Assembly (NCBI GenBank): GCA_963819655.1
Contig: CAWFXA010000002.1
Span: 608,001 to 672,000 of the forward strand
Source: an uncultured Chloroflexia bacterium
GTDB lineage: Bacteria > Chloroflexota > Limnocylindria > Limnocylindrales > CSP1-4
Direction of reading: 5' to 3'
Length of the DNA stretch: 64,000 nucleotides
This document shows positions 28,579-38,542 of this stretch, piece by piece. Each line of letters begins with the position of its first letter. Position 1 is the first letter of the stretch. Below the pieces are notes generated by a model. It was not told the DNA's origin. It ran no database searches and saw only the letters and a program-made list of their open reading frames with translations. Position numbers and translations under genes: made by a program.

Positions 28579-30294
28579 CTACATCGCTTCCGGAGCCGAG
28601 ATCCCCAGGAGGCCGAGCGTCCGTGCCAGCGTGACTTGTGTCGCGCGTGCGAGGGCGAGCCGCGACGCAGATCGTTCGGGCTCGTCAGGGTCGACCACGC
28701 GGGCGTCCCGGTAGAAGGCATGGAACGCCGTCGCCAGCTCCTGCGCGTATGCCGTGATCCCCTGGGTCTCTTCGCCGACCACGGCATCCTCGACGACCTC
28801 GGGGAGACGGACGATGGCGCGGGCCAGGGCGGCTTCCGGACCCCCTGACAAGGTGCCGGCGACCGTCGCCGCCGGGGCGAGCCCGGCCCCGTCGGCCTTG
28901 CGCAGGATCGATGCGATGCGCGCGTGCGCGTACTGGACGTAATAGACCGGGTTCTTGCTGGCCTCCTCGTACTCGCCCCGCTCGAGTGCCTCGCGATGAC
29001 CGCGCATCTGCTCGATGTCGAAATCGATCGCGGACGTGGCCGCGCGCGACGCGAAGAACCAGCGCGCTGCGTCGACGCCGACCTCCGACAGGAGCTCGTC
29101 GAGCGTGACGTACTCACCGGCCCGCTTGGACATCGAGACCTCGACCCCGTCGCGCACGAATCGCACCCATGAGTACAGGTGCATCTGGACGCGCTCGGGG
29201 TCATAGCCCATCGCCTTGGCGGCGTTGCGCACCCGGGCGACCGTCCCATGGTGGTCGGCACCCCAGATGTAGATGAGGTGATCGAAGCCGCGGCTGAACT
29301 TCTCGGTCACATACCCGATGTCGGCGGCGAAGTAGGTCGGCTGCCCGTTCGAGCGATAGATCACGCGGTCCTTGTCGTCCCCGAACGCGGTCGATCGGAA
29401 CCAGACCGCGCCGTCCTCCTCGTAGACGTGCCCGCGTTCCCGCAGACGCTCGACGGCGCGGTCCACCCAACCCGCCTCATGGAGCGACCCCTCGGTCGTC
29501 CACACGTCGAAATGGACGCCGAGCTGCTCGAGGCTCGCCTCGATGCCCTGCCGGACCACTCCGGCAGCCCAATGCCCGACGATCCCAGCCGCGTCGGCGT
29601 CGGGCGCGTCGGCATCCGCCCAGACCGCGTCCGGTACCTGCGACGCCAGGTCCTGGACGTAGTCCCCGTGATAGCCATCGTCGGGCACCGGCTGGCCACG
29701 CCGGATGGCCACGATCGAGGCGCCCAGGTTCGGGATCTGGCCACCGGCGTCGTTGAAGTAGTACTCCCGCGTGACGCGCTGGCCGCCGGCCTCGAGTACC
29801 CGACCGAGCAGGTCGCCGATGAACGCCCCTCGCGCGTTGCCGACATGGAGCGGGCCGGTCGGGTTGGCCGACACGAACTCGATGTTGACCGAGCGGGTCG
29901 ACGTCGGCTCGACGTGTCCCCACGCCTCCGGCTCGGCCAGGATGCCGTCCACCACCGCCTCGAGGGCCGCCGGCTTGACGCGGACGTTGAGGAAGCCCGG
30001 TGGCGCGACCTCGACGGCCTCGACCGGGGACGCGGGATCGCGTGTCGCGTCGCGCACGAGCTTGGCAGCCAGGAGCGTGGCGATCTCCAGCGGCGCCTTG
30101 CGGTACGGCCGGGCGAGCTTCATCGCCAGGTTCGTGGCGAGGTCCCCGTGGTCCGGGTTCGCCGGGTGCTCGACTTCGATGTCGGGTCCGGCCGTGTCGC
30201 CGTCCAGCTGCGGGAATGCGCCGTCCGCCACGGCCAGGTCCCAGGCCCGACGGACGGCGTCGCGGACCTGCGTGCGCATGGGGGGAGGGATCAC
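28579..30294 (-). CDS. argS: arginine--tRNA ligase
   Basis: EFVSANPTGPLHVGN, GDDKDRV, GADHHG, MSKRAG, NPVYYVQYAHAR. Confidence 0.98.
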   Translation of the reverse strand: MIPPPMRTQVRDAVRRAWDLAVADGAFPQLDGDTAGPDIEVEHPANPDHGDLATNLAMKLARPYRKAPLEIATLLAAKLVRDATRDPASPVEAVEVAPPGFLNVRVKPAALEAVVDGILAEPEAWGHVEPTSTRSVNIEFVSANPTGPLHVGNARGAFIGDLLGRVLEAGGQRVTREYYFNDAGGQIPNLGASIVAIRRGQPVPDDGYHGDYVQDLASQVPDAVWADADAPDADAAGIVGHWAAGVVRQGIEASLEQLGVHFDVWTTEGSLHEAGWVDRAVERLRERGHVYEEDGAVWFRSTAFGDDKDRVIYRSNGQPTYFAADIGYVTEKFSRGFDHLIYIWGADHHGTVARVRNAAKAMGYDPERVQMHLYSWVRFVRDGVEVSMSKRAGEYVTLDELLSEVGVDAARWFFASRAATSAIDFDIEQMRGHREALERGEYEEASKNPVYYVQYAHARIASILRKADGAGLAPAATVAGTLSGGPEAALARAIVRLPEVVEDAVVGEETQGITAYAQELATAFHAFYRDARVVDPDEPERSASRLALARATQVTLARTLGLLGISAPEAM

Positions 30295-30430
30295 GGCGCC
30301 CATCGTACTGGTGCGAGTCCTGGGTCGTGCGTCCGGGGGTCCGGGGAGGACCCTTTGTTGCAGGCCCGCAACGGTATCCGGAGCCGCTGGGCGGTGGATG
30401 GCGGAGCGGTGCAGTTGAGGCTCGCCAGAG

Positions 30431-30466
30431 GTACTAGACCGGCCAGGACCCCCATGCGAGTATCCG
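30431..30466 (+). promoter_or_regulatory. shared upstream motif, copy 1
   Basis: GTACTAGAC-N12-CCATG-CGAG-TATCCG; same spacing as the copy at 31974. Confidence 0.6.
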
Positions 30467-30560
30467 GGGCCTCAGTCGGTGTACGGACACCCTTCCGAGG
30501 GAAGCCATCGACGGGGGGACCATCTATCGAGGCTTAGGCCTCCGCTCGGGGATCCGTCAC

Positions 30561-31829
30561 ATGTCGTCTACTCGATCCGGCGCGCGACCGCGCCTGGCCC
30601 GCCGCTTGTCGTGGCTGGCCGTCCTTTCCCTGACGTCGGCGGCACTGTTCGTGCCGTCCGCGACCGTGCAGGCCGCGTCGGTGAACCCGATCGCGGTCAA
30701 CAGTGGCAACCCGACCTGCGCATCGTTCGCCGGGGCATACGGCGGGGGCCAGCCGTGGCAGGAAGTCAAGTCGGATCCGCCGGGCAACGGCACGATCAAC
30801 GTGCCCGGCTTCGGGACCATCACCGTTTCGAACTTCGAGCAGTCGGCGTCCGGGCAGCCCGGCAGCTTCGACTGGTCGTCCACATTCGGCATCGACGCGG
30901 TCTTCGTGAAGGCCGGATCGTCGAAGCACCAGCTGTACGTTTACGCCGCGACCGCCGGCGCCACCGAATCCACGGGTGACACGGAGCTTGAGCCGCAGGA
31001 CGGCCAGGGGAATGGCATCAGCCACATCTCCTTCTGCTTCGATGTGGCCGTCCAGGCCACGCCCACGCCGACCCCGGTCGTCACACCGACACCGACTCCG
31101 GTCGTCACGCCCACGCCGACTCCGGTCGTCACGCCCACGCCGACGCCCGTCGTCACGCCCACGCCGACACCGCCTGGATCCACGCCGACGCCGACCCCGG
31201 CTCCGACGGAGGAAGCGCGCCAGGCCAGCATCCTGATCGCCAAGGTGGACAACAAAGGCACCGCCGACCCCGACGACGACGAGGCCCTCGATGGCGCGAC
31301 GTTCGAAGTCTGGGCCGACGACGGTGACGAGGTCTTCGAGACCGACCAGGACGAGCTCGTGTTCGGCCCGGCCGCTGCGCCGCTCGGCATGCTCGACACC
31401 GACCTGCTCGATGGTGGGATGTACTGGATCGTCGAGACGATCGTGCCGGCCGGCTTCATCGGCTCGGACCCGATCCTCGTCGAGCTCAACGTCGACCCGT
31501 CCGTGACCTGCGCCTGGGACTTCGGCGGGCTCATCGCCTGCGAGCAGAACCAGGGTGACGTCTCGGAGCTGAGCTGGACCATCGTGATCGTCGACAACAC
31601 GCCCGAGGGCGACACGCCCCAGAACCCGCCGACCGGCGGCGTGGGCGGCGCGGTGGGGACGCCTCGTGCGACCCTGCCGGCCACCGACACGCTTGACGGC
31701 GCCGGTTCGACGGCTCCCGCCGGCGACAGCTGGCGGCTCGTCCTCCTCGCGATGGCGGCCTTCCTGACCGCCGCGCTCGTCCTGACCCCGGCTCGCGCCG
31801 CGGTCCGCAAGGACGATCGAATCCGCTAA
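30561..31829 (+). CDS. secreted surface protein with PT repeats, SpaA-like domain and LPATD-TM-basic anchor
   Basis: Signal peptide; repeated TPTPTPVV; ILIAKVD...LDGATFEVW...YWIVET.VPAGF; TLPATD + TM + RKDDRIR. Confidence 0.82.
   Translation: MSSTRSGARPRLARRLSWLAVLSLTSAALFVPSATVQAASVNPIAVNSGNPTCASFAGAYGGGQPWQEVKSDPPGNGTINVPGFGTITVSNFEQSASGQPGSFDWSSTFGIDAVFVKAGSSKHQLYVYAATAGATESTGDTELEPQDGQGNGISHISFCFDVAVQATPTPTPVVTPTPTPVVTPTPTPVVTPTPTPVVTPTPTPPGSTPTPTPAPTEEARQASILIAKVDNKGTADPDDDEALDGATFEVWADDGDEVFETDQDELVFGPAAAPLGMLDTDLLDGGMYWIVETIVPAGFIGSDPILVELNVDPSVTCAWDFGGLIACEQNQGDVSELSWTIVIVDNTPEGDTPQNPPTGGVGGAVGTPRATLPATDTLDGAGSTAPAGDSWRLVLLAMAAFLTAALVLTPARAAVRKDDRIR
31058..31170 (+). repeat. 24-bp coding tandem repeat (TPTPTPVV)
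   Basis: About 4.5 units of acgccc/gacgccgacn-ccggtcgtc. Confidence 0.8.
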
Positions 31830-31973
31830 CCCCGTGGGTGCCAGGGGCACCCGGCCCTGAGCAGCGGACGACTGCCGCCCGACGTGGGCGGCGGTCGTTC
31901 GATTCGTGCGGATCGTCGCACGGTGCCGAGTTGCACCGAATGTCGGGAGATTGACGGTCCGATGTCGCCAAAA

Positions 31974-32009
31974 GTACTAGACGGCGACCCCGGACCATGG
32001 GACTATCCG
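31974..32009 (+). promoter_or_regulatory. shared upstream motif, copy 2
   Basis: GTACTAGAC-N12-CCATG-GGAC-TATCCG. Confidence 0.6.
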
Positions 32010-32096
32010 CGAGCTCGGGTCTGTGCGCGGGGGCGCTGTACCGAGACCGTCATCGCCACGAGGCGTATGCCTCACGCATCTTGGGGACCGTATCGA

Positions 32097-32778
32097 ATGA
32101 ATGCCCAAACGCGCTCCCGCCTCGGTCGGAGGCTGGCTTGGCTCGCTGTGATCGGGCTCGCCGCCGCCGCCCTCTTGGCGCCTTCGTCGACAGCCATAGC
32201 TGCCGCGCCGGATACAGTGACGATCTGTCACGCGACCGGTTCGCACACCAACCCATACATCGTCCATGAGCCCGCCAAGAGCGGTGATGTCAGTGGGCAC
32301 GCTGATCACACAGGCCCAGTCTGGTTCGCTGGGATCACTGTGGTTTGGGGCGATATCATCCCGCCCTTCACGTACCCCGGTGGGAGCTTCCCGGGGCTGA
32401 ACTGGACGGTGGCGGGCCAGGCCTTCTACAACAACAATTGCAACATTCCCGGGGCGGCGACGCCCACGCCGCCGCCCGTCGTCCCCCGCGCCCGTCGTCA
32501 CGCCGACGCCGCCGCCCGTCGTCACGCCGACGCCGCCGCCCGGTGTGACGCCTGCGCCGACTCCGACCGGCGGAGTCGGAGGAGTGATCGGCACGCCGCC
32601 GGCTGGCGCGACTGCTGACCCGACGCTGCCGTCGACCAGCACGCTCGACGGCCAGGGCACTGGCTCGACCGGTGACGGCTGGCGGATCATCCTCCTTGTG
32701 GTGGCGAGCCTGCTCGCCGTCGCACTCCTGCTGACGCCTGCTCGGGCCGTCGTTCGTAAGGACGACCGCTCCCGCTGA
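32097..32778 (+). CDS. secreted surface protein with LPSTS-TM-basic anchor, frameshifted within its PT repeat near 32485-32495
   Basis: Signal peptide like the upstream gene; TICHATGSHTNPY domain; C-terminus lies in ORF 32545-32778. Confidence 0.75.
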
Positions 32779-32917
32779 CCGTCGGCTTCCCTACGGGGTC
32801 CCCGAGACCCGGGCGGAGCGGCGCGCTGTCCGTGCGTCGCTCCGCCCATCGTCTCGAAGTCCTGAACGACCGGGTGGCCGTGCTGGCCTCCCGGTCGTCA
32901 TCGTGCTGGTCCCGGGA

Positions 32918-33688
32918 TCAGATCAGGAATCGGGCTCCGGGCTCCACGAGGTCGACAGGCCCGTCATAGATCGCCGTGACCGACTCGATCGTCGCTGCCG
33001 GGTCGAAACCCATCTGGAGGTGGGTGAGCAGGACCCGACCTGCACGGGTCCGAGCGGCCAGGCTCCCGACCGCCGGCCCGTCCAGGTGCATCGCGTCGCG
33101 AACGACCGGGCCCGGCCCGAATGACACCTCGATGAGGAGGGCGTCCCCGACGCGGATCAGGGGATCGAGATCCTCCGCCCGCCCGCAATCGCCGGAGTAG
33201 ACGAGGCCGACGCCGCCATCCGGATGCGAGACCCGGAACGCGTGGCTGTTCTGCGTGTGCGTGACGCGGGCCGCCTCGACGCGCAGCTCGCCGATGTCGA
33301 TCGAGCCCGCGGAGATGGGTTCGACATCCAGGGACGCCGCCGTGAAACCTGGCTCATCGTGGAGCGCATCGATGCGCTTCGCGAGCCCGGTCGGCGCGAT
33401 CACCCGGACGCGCCGGGTCGGTTGGAACTGCCACCTGAGGTAGTGGCGCAGCGCCACGAGGTCGATGAAATGGTCCGGGTGGAGATGGCTCACCAGGACC
33501 GCGTCGAGCGAGCTCGGCTCTAATCGGGCCGTCAGCCGCGGGAACGCGCCCTGGCCGAGATCGAGGACGATGGCCGTCGAGCCGGATCGCACGAGGTAGG
33601 CCGCGCCCGCCGATCCGGGGCGGTCGCTGTACGCCGGTCCGGCGCCGAGCACGTCGAGCTGGATGGTGTCCGAAGGTCCGGCGGGCAT
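32918..33688 (-). CDS. MBL-fold metallo-hydrolase (RNase Z/YhfI-like)
   Basis: SHLHPDH, YSGDCG, MHL, LLTHL. Confidence 0.9.
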   Translation of the reverse strand: MPAGPSDTIQLDVLGAGPAYSDRPGSAGAAYLVRSGSTAIVLDLGQGAFPRLTARLEPSSLDAVLVSHLHPDHFIDLVALRHYLRWQFQPTRRVRVIAPTGLAKRIDALHDEPGFTAASLDVEPISAGSIDIGELRVEAARVTHTQNSHAFRVSHPDGGVGLVYSGDCGRAEDLDPLIRVGDALLIEVSFGPGPVVRDAMHLDGPAVGSLAARTRAGRVLLTHLQMGFDPAATIESVTAIYDGPVDLVEPGARFLI

Positions 33689-33730
33689 GGCCGTCAGACT
33701 AGCCGACGACGATAGGTGCCGAGGGTCGGG

Positions 33731-34720
33731 TCAGTTGCGCGGGGTCCGCTTCGGTGTCGGTTGCGGCTTCGGCGTGGTCTTCGGGCCGTTCTCTCCGCCC
33801 TGACCCCCGGGGGCGCCTGGATCGGTCGGGCCGGCGTTGGGCTCCTTGGTCGGCTTCGGCGTGGGCGCGGCGGTCGGGGCCTTGGTCGGCTTGGCGGTCG
33901 GATCGGCAGGCTTGTCGGGGCCAGCGCCGTTGCCACCGCTCCCGCCGCCACCGCTCCCGCCACCGTTGCCGCCATTCGCGGGCCCGGCGGTGTCGATCCG
34001 CTCGATCGCTCGGTCACTCCGATCGACCGCGCGTTCGACGGCGCGCTGGACGGCACGGGAGATCGCGTCGGCGGCGCCATCGGGGACCCGCAGCGCAAGG
34101 GCCTGGAGCACCTCGACGTTGCGGCTGACGCCGGCCTCGAGGATCGCGACGGCGACCTCGTCCTGTGTCGCGATCGCGGCTTCGGATGCCGCCTCGACGA
34201 TACGCGCGTAGGCAGCCAGGGCGGCGGCCGCGCCGGCGGCATCGCCCGCGCGCGCCGCATCCTCGGCTTCCCGAAGGCGGACTTCGAGACGGGCCAGCTC
34301 GGCGATCGCTCGCGCCGAGGGATCGTTCGGCAGGGTGAGGGTCTCGATCCAGATGCGCTGTTCATATAGGGCGCCGCCCGGTCTCGCTGCGAAGGCCGTG
34401 CCGGCCGCGCCGGCAAGGACGACTGCAGCGGCGAGGAGCGCCGTCAGCGGACGCCGGATCCGGGACCGCGCGGATCTGCGGGTTCGGATGGAGCGACCGT
34501 CGGTCGGGATCGCGCCGGGCAGGACAATTCGCGGTACGACCGTCAGGGCCGCCGCGTCCGCCCGCGCGAGATCGGCTTGGCGATGGGCGACGGCCAGCAC
34601 CCGGGCCCGCATCCGCGAGGTCGACACGAGGTCCGGGGTCAGGCGGGCGTCGGCATACGCGTCAAGGCGCTGCCGCAATCGTGCGTCCCCGGCCACGAGA
34701 TCGATCATCCTGTCGTCCAT
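33731..34720 (-). CDS. putative anti-sigma factor (TM plus DUF5667-like helical domain)
   Basis: Coupled to the ECF sigma gene; AARPGGALY..R.WIE after the TM helix. Confidence 0.65.
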   Translation of the reverse strand: MDDRMIDLVAGDARLRQRLDAYADARLTPDLVSTSRMRARVLAVAHRQADLARADAAALTVVPRIVLPGAIPTDGRSIRTRRSARSRIRRPLTALLAAAVVLAGAAGTAFAARPGGALYEQRIWIETLTLPNDPSARAIAELARLEVRLREAEDAARAGDAAGAAAALAAYARIVEAASEAAIATQDEVAVAILEAGVSRNVEVLQALALRVPDGAADAISRAVQRAVERAVDRSDRAIERIDTAGPANGGNGGGSGGGGSGGNGAGPDKPADPTAKPTKAPTAAPTPKPTKEPNAGPTDPGAPGGQGGENGPKTTPKPQPTPKRTPRN

Positions 34721-35313
34721 CAGCCGATCCGTCCCCCGGAGCCGGCAACGTCGTCGCCGGTGCCCGACTCGTCGATCCGGAGCTGCCGCCGCAGCGCGGC
34801 GATCGCCCGGAACTGGAGTCCGCGGATCGTCCCTTCCTGCTTGCCCATCACCTCCGCCGCTTCGCGGGCCGACAGGCCGGCGAAGAAGCGCAGGGCGATG
34901 GCTTCTCGTTGTTCGTCTGTGAGTGCGGCCAATGCGACCGCGACCTCATCCATCTCCTGGCGAGCGACGGTGACCTCGTCGGGTCCGGCGTCGCCGCCTG
35001 CCTGGCCACTCGCGGTGTCCAGGTCGAGATGGTCGTGCCGCGTGCGCACATGGTCGATGACGGTGTTCCTGGCCAGCCTGAAGAGCCAGCCCCCGAATGG
35101 GATGCCCCGCGATTGGTATCGCGGGAGCGCTTCCAGGGCCTTGACGAAGACGAGCTGCGTCAGGTCCTCCGCGTCCGACGGGCGGTGGACGCGGCTTGCG
35201 ATGTAGCGATAGACCGGCAGGTGGTAATGGTCGAACAAGAGGCCGAACGCCCAGGCGTCCCCGTCCCGGGCCTCCTGTACCAGCCGCTCGATCGCGCTGT
35301 CGTCGAGGGTCAC
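34720..35313 (-). CDS. ECF RNA polymerase sigma factor
   Basis: DAEDLTQLVFVKALE, WLFRLARN.VIDH.R, LT.EQREAIALRF..GLS..E.A. Confidence 0.93.
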   Translation of the reverse strand: MTLDDSAIERLVQEARDGDAWAFGLLFDHYHLPVYRYIASRVHRPSDAEDLTQLVFVKALEALPRYQSRGIPFGGWLFRLARNTVIDHVRTRHDHLDLDTASGQAGGDAGPDEVTVARQEMDEVAVALAALTDEQREAIALRFFAGLSAREAAEVMGKQEGTIRGLQFRAIAALRRQLRIDESGTGDDVAGSGGRIG

Positions 35314-36176
35314 AACGAACGTCCTGCGACGACGTTAGGTGCGCTGGGGATGCGGACCGCGACCGGATCGTCCCCGCGCCGGAATGCAAGGGCGTCGAAA
35401 CCCGCATCCGCAGCGGCCCGATAGCCATCGTCCAGCCCCCACGCGAGGTTGTCGGCCCGATGCGCGTCCGACCCGACGGTCACGGCACGGCCGCCCAGCT
35501 CGCGGAACCGCGCCACGATGGCAGGCGAGGGGTAGCTCTCGTTCGGCGACTGACGCAGACCGCTGGTATTGATCTCGAGCGCGGTCCCGCTCTCCACGAG
35601 TGCGTCCAGGATCCGCTCGTACAGCTCCGGCGCGGCGGCCAGGTCGGCCGGCGTGACGTGCGGGAACAGGAAGCGCTTGACGAAGTCGATGTGGCCGAGC
35701 GCGTCGAACAGCCCGGACCGGGCAGCTGCCTCGACCTCGTCGAAGTAGGGTGCGACGATCTCGCGCAGCGACCGACCGTCGACCCAGCTCGCCACACGTG
35801 CCGCGGCGTACGGTGAATCCCGGTAGATGTGGACTGAGCCGATGGTGAAGTCGTACGCGTGGGTCGCGAGGTGACCCCTGATATCCGACTCCCAGCCGCT
35901 GTCCCACGTGATCTCGACCCCGAACCGGATGGCGACGCCGCGATCGGCCCAGCGCTCGGCGGCCTCGCGCACGATCCGCTCGCGCTGCTCGAAGGTCGTG
36001 AAGTCGTAGGCGGGCGCACTCGGCTCGAAGTCGACGTGGTCCGTGACCGCGATCTCCGCGATGCCCCGTTCCTCGGCCGCCGCGGCGAACGCGTCGATCG
36101 GCACATCGCTGTCCGGCGACAGGTCCGTGTGCAGATGCGCGTCCAGCGGCAGATCGCGCGCCTGGCGGTCGATCAT
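35310..36176 (-). CDS. PHP-family phosphatase, histidinol-phosphatase HisJ-like
   Basis: DAHLHT, TDH, GSVH, GHID, EINTSG, GSDAH. Confidence 0.88.
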   Translation of the reverse strand: MIDRQARDLPLDAHLHTDLSPDSDVPIDAFAAAAEERGIAEIAVTDHVDFEPSAPAYDFTTFEQRERIVREAAERWADRGVAIRFGVEITWDSGWESDIRGHLATHAYDFTIGSVHIYRDSPYAAARVASWVDGRSLREIVAPYFDEVEAAARSGLFDALGHIDFVKRFLFPHVTPADLAAAPELYERILDALVESGTALEINTSGLRQSPNESYPSPAIVARFRELGGRAVTVGSDAHRADNLAWGLDDGYRAAADAGFDALAFRRGDDPVAVRIPSAPNVVAGRSL

Positions 36177-36198
36177 CCGCCGTGCCCCCGTGTCCGGC

Positions 36199-37425
36199 TC
36201 ACCCCGAGATCACCCCGAGCTCACGTCCGACGGTCGAGAACGCCTCCAGCGCGAGGTCGAGGTGATCGTCGGTGTGGGCCGCAGTGACGATCGTCCGGAT
36301 ACGGGCGAGGTCGATGGCCACGGTGGGGAAGACGACGGGCTGCGCGAAGACGCCCTCGCCCATGAGCCGGTCGCTGAACCGCATCGCGACCTCGGGGTCG
36401 CCCATCATCACCGGCGTGATCGGCGTCTCGGACCGACCCGTATCGAAGCCGAGGCGGTTCAACTCCGCCTTGAACCGTCGGGTATTGGCCCACAGCCGCT
36501 CGAGCAGCTCGGGCTCCTCCTGCATGACCTTGATCGCCTCGCGGCAGGCGGCCACGACGGCCGGTGGATGGGACGTCGAGAAGAGGAACGGTCGCGCGCG
36601 CTGGGTCAGGATCTCGCGCAGGGCCGTCGACCCCGCCACGTAGCCACCGAGCGAGCCGACCGCCTTGCTGAGCGTGCCGACCTGGATCGCCACGCGGCCG
36701 TGGAGGCCGAAGTGGTCGACGCTCCCGCGGCCGTCCCGACCGAGGACGCCCGACGCATGCGCGTCATCCACGAACACCGCCGCACCTGCCGCCTCGGCTG
36801 CCTCGACGATGCCGGGGAGCGGGGCGATGTCGCCGTCCATCGAGAAGACGCCGTCAGTGACAACGAGGATCAGGCGGTACGGCTCACCGGTGCCGTTGCG
36901 GCCGTTCTCGATGGCCTCCTCGAGGATCGAGGCGAGGGCCAGGACGTCGGCGTGCGGGTAGATCTTGCGAGGGGCCTTGGACAGCCGCATCCCGTCGATG
37001 ATCGAGGCGTGATTGAGGCTGTCGCTGACGATCAGGTCGGTCTCGCCGGTGATCGTGGGGATGACACCGGTGTTGGCCGTGAAGCCGGACTGGAACGTGA
37101 GGACCGCGGCCGTGCCCTTGAACGCGGCCAGCTCCGTCTCAAGCTCCTCGTGCATCGACATCGTGCCGGCGATGGTCCGGACTGCCCCGGAGCCAACGCC
37201 GAAGGACTGCACCGCTTCGAGCGCTGCCTCGCGCAGCCGCGGATGGTGGGTGAGCCCGAGATAGTCGTTTGACGACAGGCTGATGAGGCGCTCGCCGTCG
37301 ATCGAGACGATCGGACCCTGGGCCGACGTCATCACGCGCAATGACCGGTACAGGTGGCGCTCGCGCAGGGCGGCGACCTCGTCCTCGAGGAAGCCGAGCG
37401 GGTCGGTGTGCGGGGCCATGGTCAT
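36199..37425 (-). CDS. kbl: glycine C-acetyltransferase (2-amino-3-ketobutyrate CoA ligase)
   Basis: SSNDYLGL, LNHASIIDG, DGVFSMDGD, DDAH, GTLSKA; directly downstream of tdh. Start uncertain. Confidence 0.85.
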   Translation of the reverse strand: MTMAPHTDPLGFLEDEVAALRERHLYRSLRVMTSAQGPIVSIDGERLISLSSNDYLGLTHHPRLREAALEAVQSFGVGSGAVRTIAGTMSMHEELETELAAFKGTAAVLTFQSGFTANTGVIPTITGETDLIVSDSLNHASIIDGMRLSKAPRKIYPHADVLALASILEEAIENGRNGTGEPYRLILVVTDGVFSMDGDIAPLPGIVEAAEAAGAAVFVDDAHASGVLGRDGRGSVDHFGLHGRVAIQVGTLSKAVGSLGGYVAGSTALREILTQRARPFLFSTSHPPAVVAACREAIKVMQEEPELLERLWANTRRFKAELNRLGFDTGRSETPITPVMMGDPEVAMRFSDRLMGEGVFAQPVVFPTVAIDLARIRTIVTAAHTDDHLDLALEAFSTVGRELGVISG

Positions 37426-37470
37426 CGTGCGGTCGGCTCGGGCGTGCATCGGATGGGCATCGTGGTCAAC

Positions 37471-38499
37471 TCACTCGGTCCAGTCCATCACCACTTTGCC
37501 GGATGCGCCGGTACGAGCGGCGGCGAACGCGGCCTCGTGCTCGCGATAGCCGAAACGGTGGGTGATGACCGGCGAGATGTCGAGGCCCGACTTGAGCATG
37601 ACCGACATCTTGTACCAGGTCTCGTACATCTCCCGACCGTAGATGCCCTGCAGGCGGAGCTGGTTGAAGACGACGCGGCTGACATCGATCTTGATCTCGT
37701 CGGTCGGGATGCCCAGGATCGCCATCCCGGCGCCGTGGGCCATGTTCGCGAGGGCGTCCCGCAAGGCGCCCGCGTTGCCCGACATCTCGAAGACGACGTC
37801 GAAGCCCTCGACCATGCCGAGCTCGCGCTGGACGTCGCCGAGAGTCTCTGTCGTGGGATCGACCACGCGGGTGGCACCCATCGTCGTCGCGAGCGCGCGG
37901 CGCGTGGCGTTCGGCTCGCTGACCACGATGTAGCGTGCGCCCGCGTGACGCGCGACCGCCGTCGCCATGAGCCCGATCGGGCCCGCGCCGACCACCAGGA
38001 CGTCCTCGGTGAGAACGGGGAACGCAAGCGCGGTGTGGACCGCGTTGCCGAACGGGTCGAAGATCGCGGCCACATCCTCGTCGATGCCGGGCCAGTGGTG
38101 CCAGACGTTCGTCACCGGGAGGACGACCTGCTCGGCGAACGCGCCGTCCCGCTGGACGCCGAGGCCGACCGTATTGGCGCACAGGTGCCAACGGCCCGCG
38201 CGGCAATGGCGGCAGCGACCGCACACGACGTGGCCCTCGCCGCTGACGATGTCGCCCGGCGCGATGTCATGGACGTTGCTGCCGATCTCGAGGACCTCGC
38301 CGACGAACTCGTGGCCGACGATGAGAGGTGGTTTGATCGTCTTCTGCGCCCAGGGATCCCAGTCCGCGATGTGCAGGTCGGTGCCACAGATACCGGTCTT
38401 GCGGACGCGGATCCGGACGTCGTTTATCGTCATCGTGGGCTCGGGGACGTCGCGAAGCTCGAGGCCGGGTCCAGGTGCGGTCTTGACCAGTGCCTTCAT
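37471..38499 (-). CDS. tdh: L-threonine 3-dehydrogenase
   Basis: [41 protein letters not shown]. Confidence 0.96.
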   Translation of the reverse strand: MKALVKTAPGPGLELRDVPEPTMTINDVRIRVRKTGICGTDLHIADWDPWAQKTIKPPLIVGHEFVGEVLEIGSNVHDIAPGDIVSGEGHVVCGRCRHCRAGRWHLCANTVGLGVQRDGAFAEQVVLPVTNVWHHWPGIDEDVAAIFDPFGNAVHTALAFPVLTEDVLVVGAGPIGLMATAVARHAGARYIVVSEPNATRRALATTMGATRVVDPTTETLGDVQRELGMVEGFDVVFEMSGNAGALRDALANMAHGAGMAILGIPTDEIKIDVSRVVFNQLRLQGIYGREMYETWYKMSVMLKSGLDISPVITHRFGYREHEAAFAAARTGASGKVVMDWTE

Positions 38500-38542
38500 G
38501 TCCGGAGCGTACCGCGGGTCGCGTTGCGCCAGGGCGCCGCAT

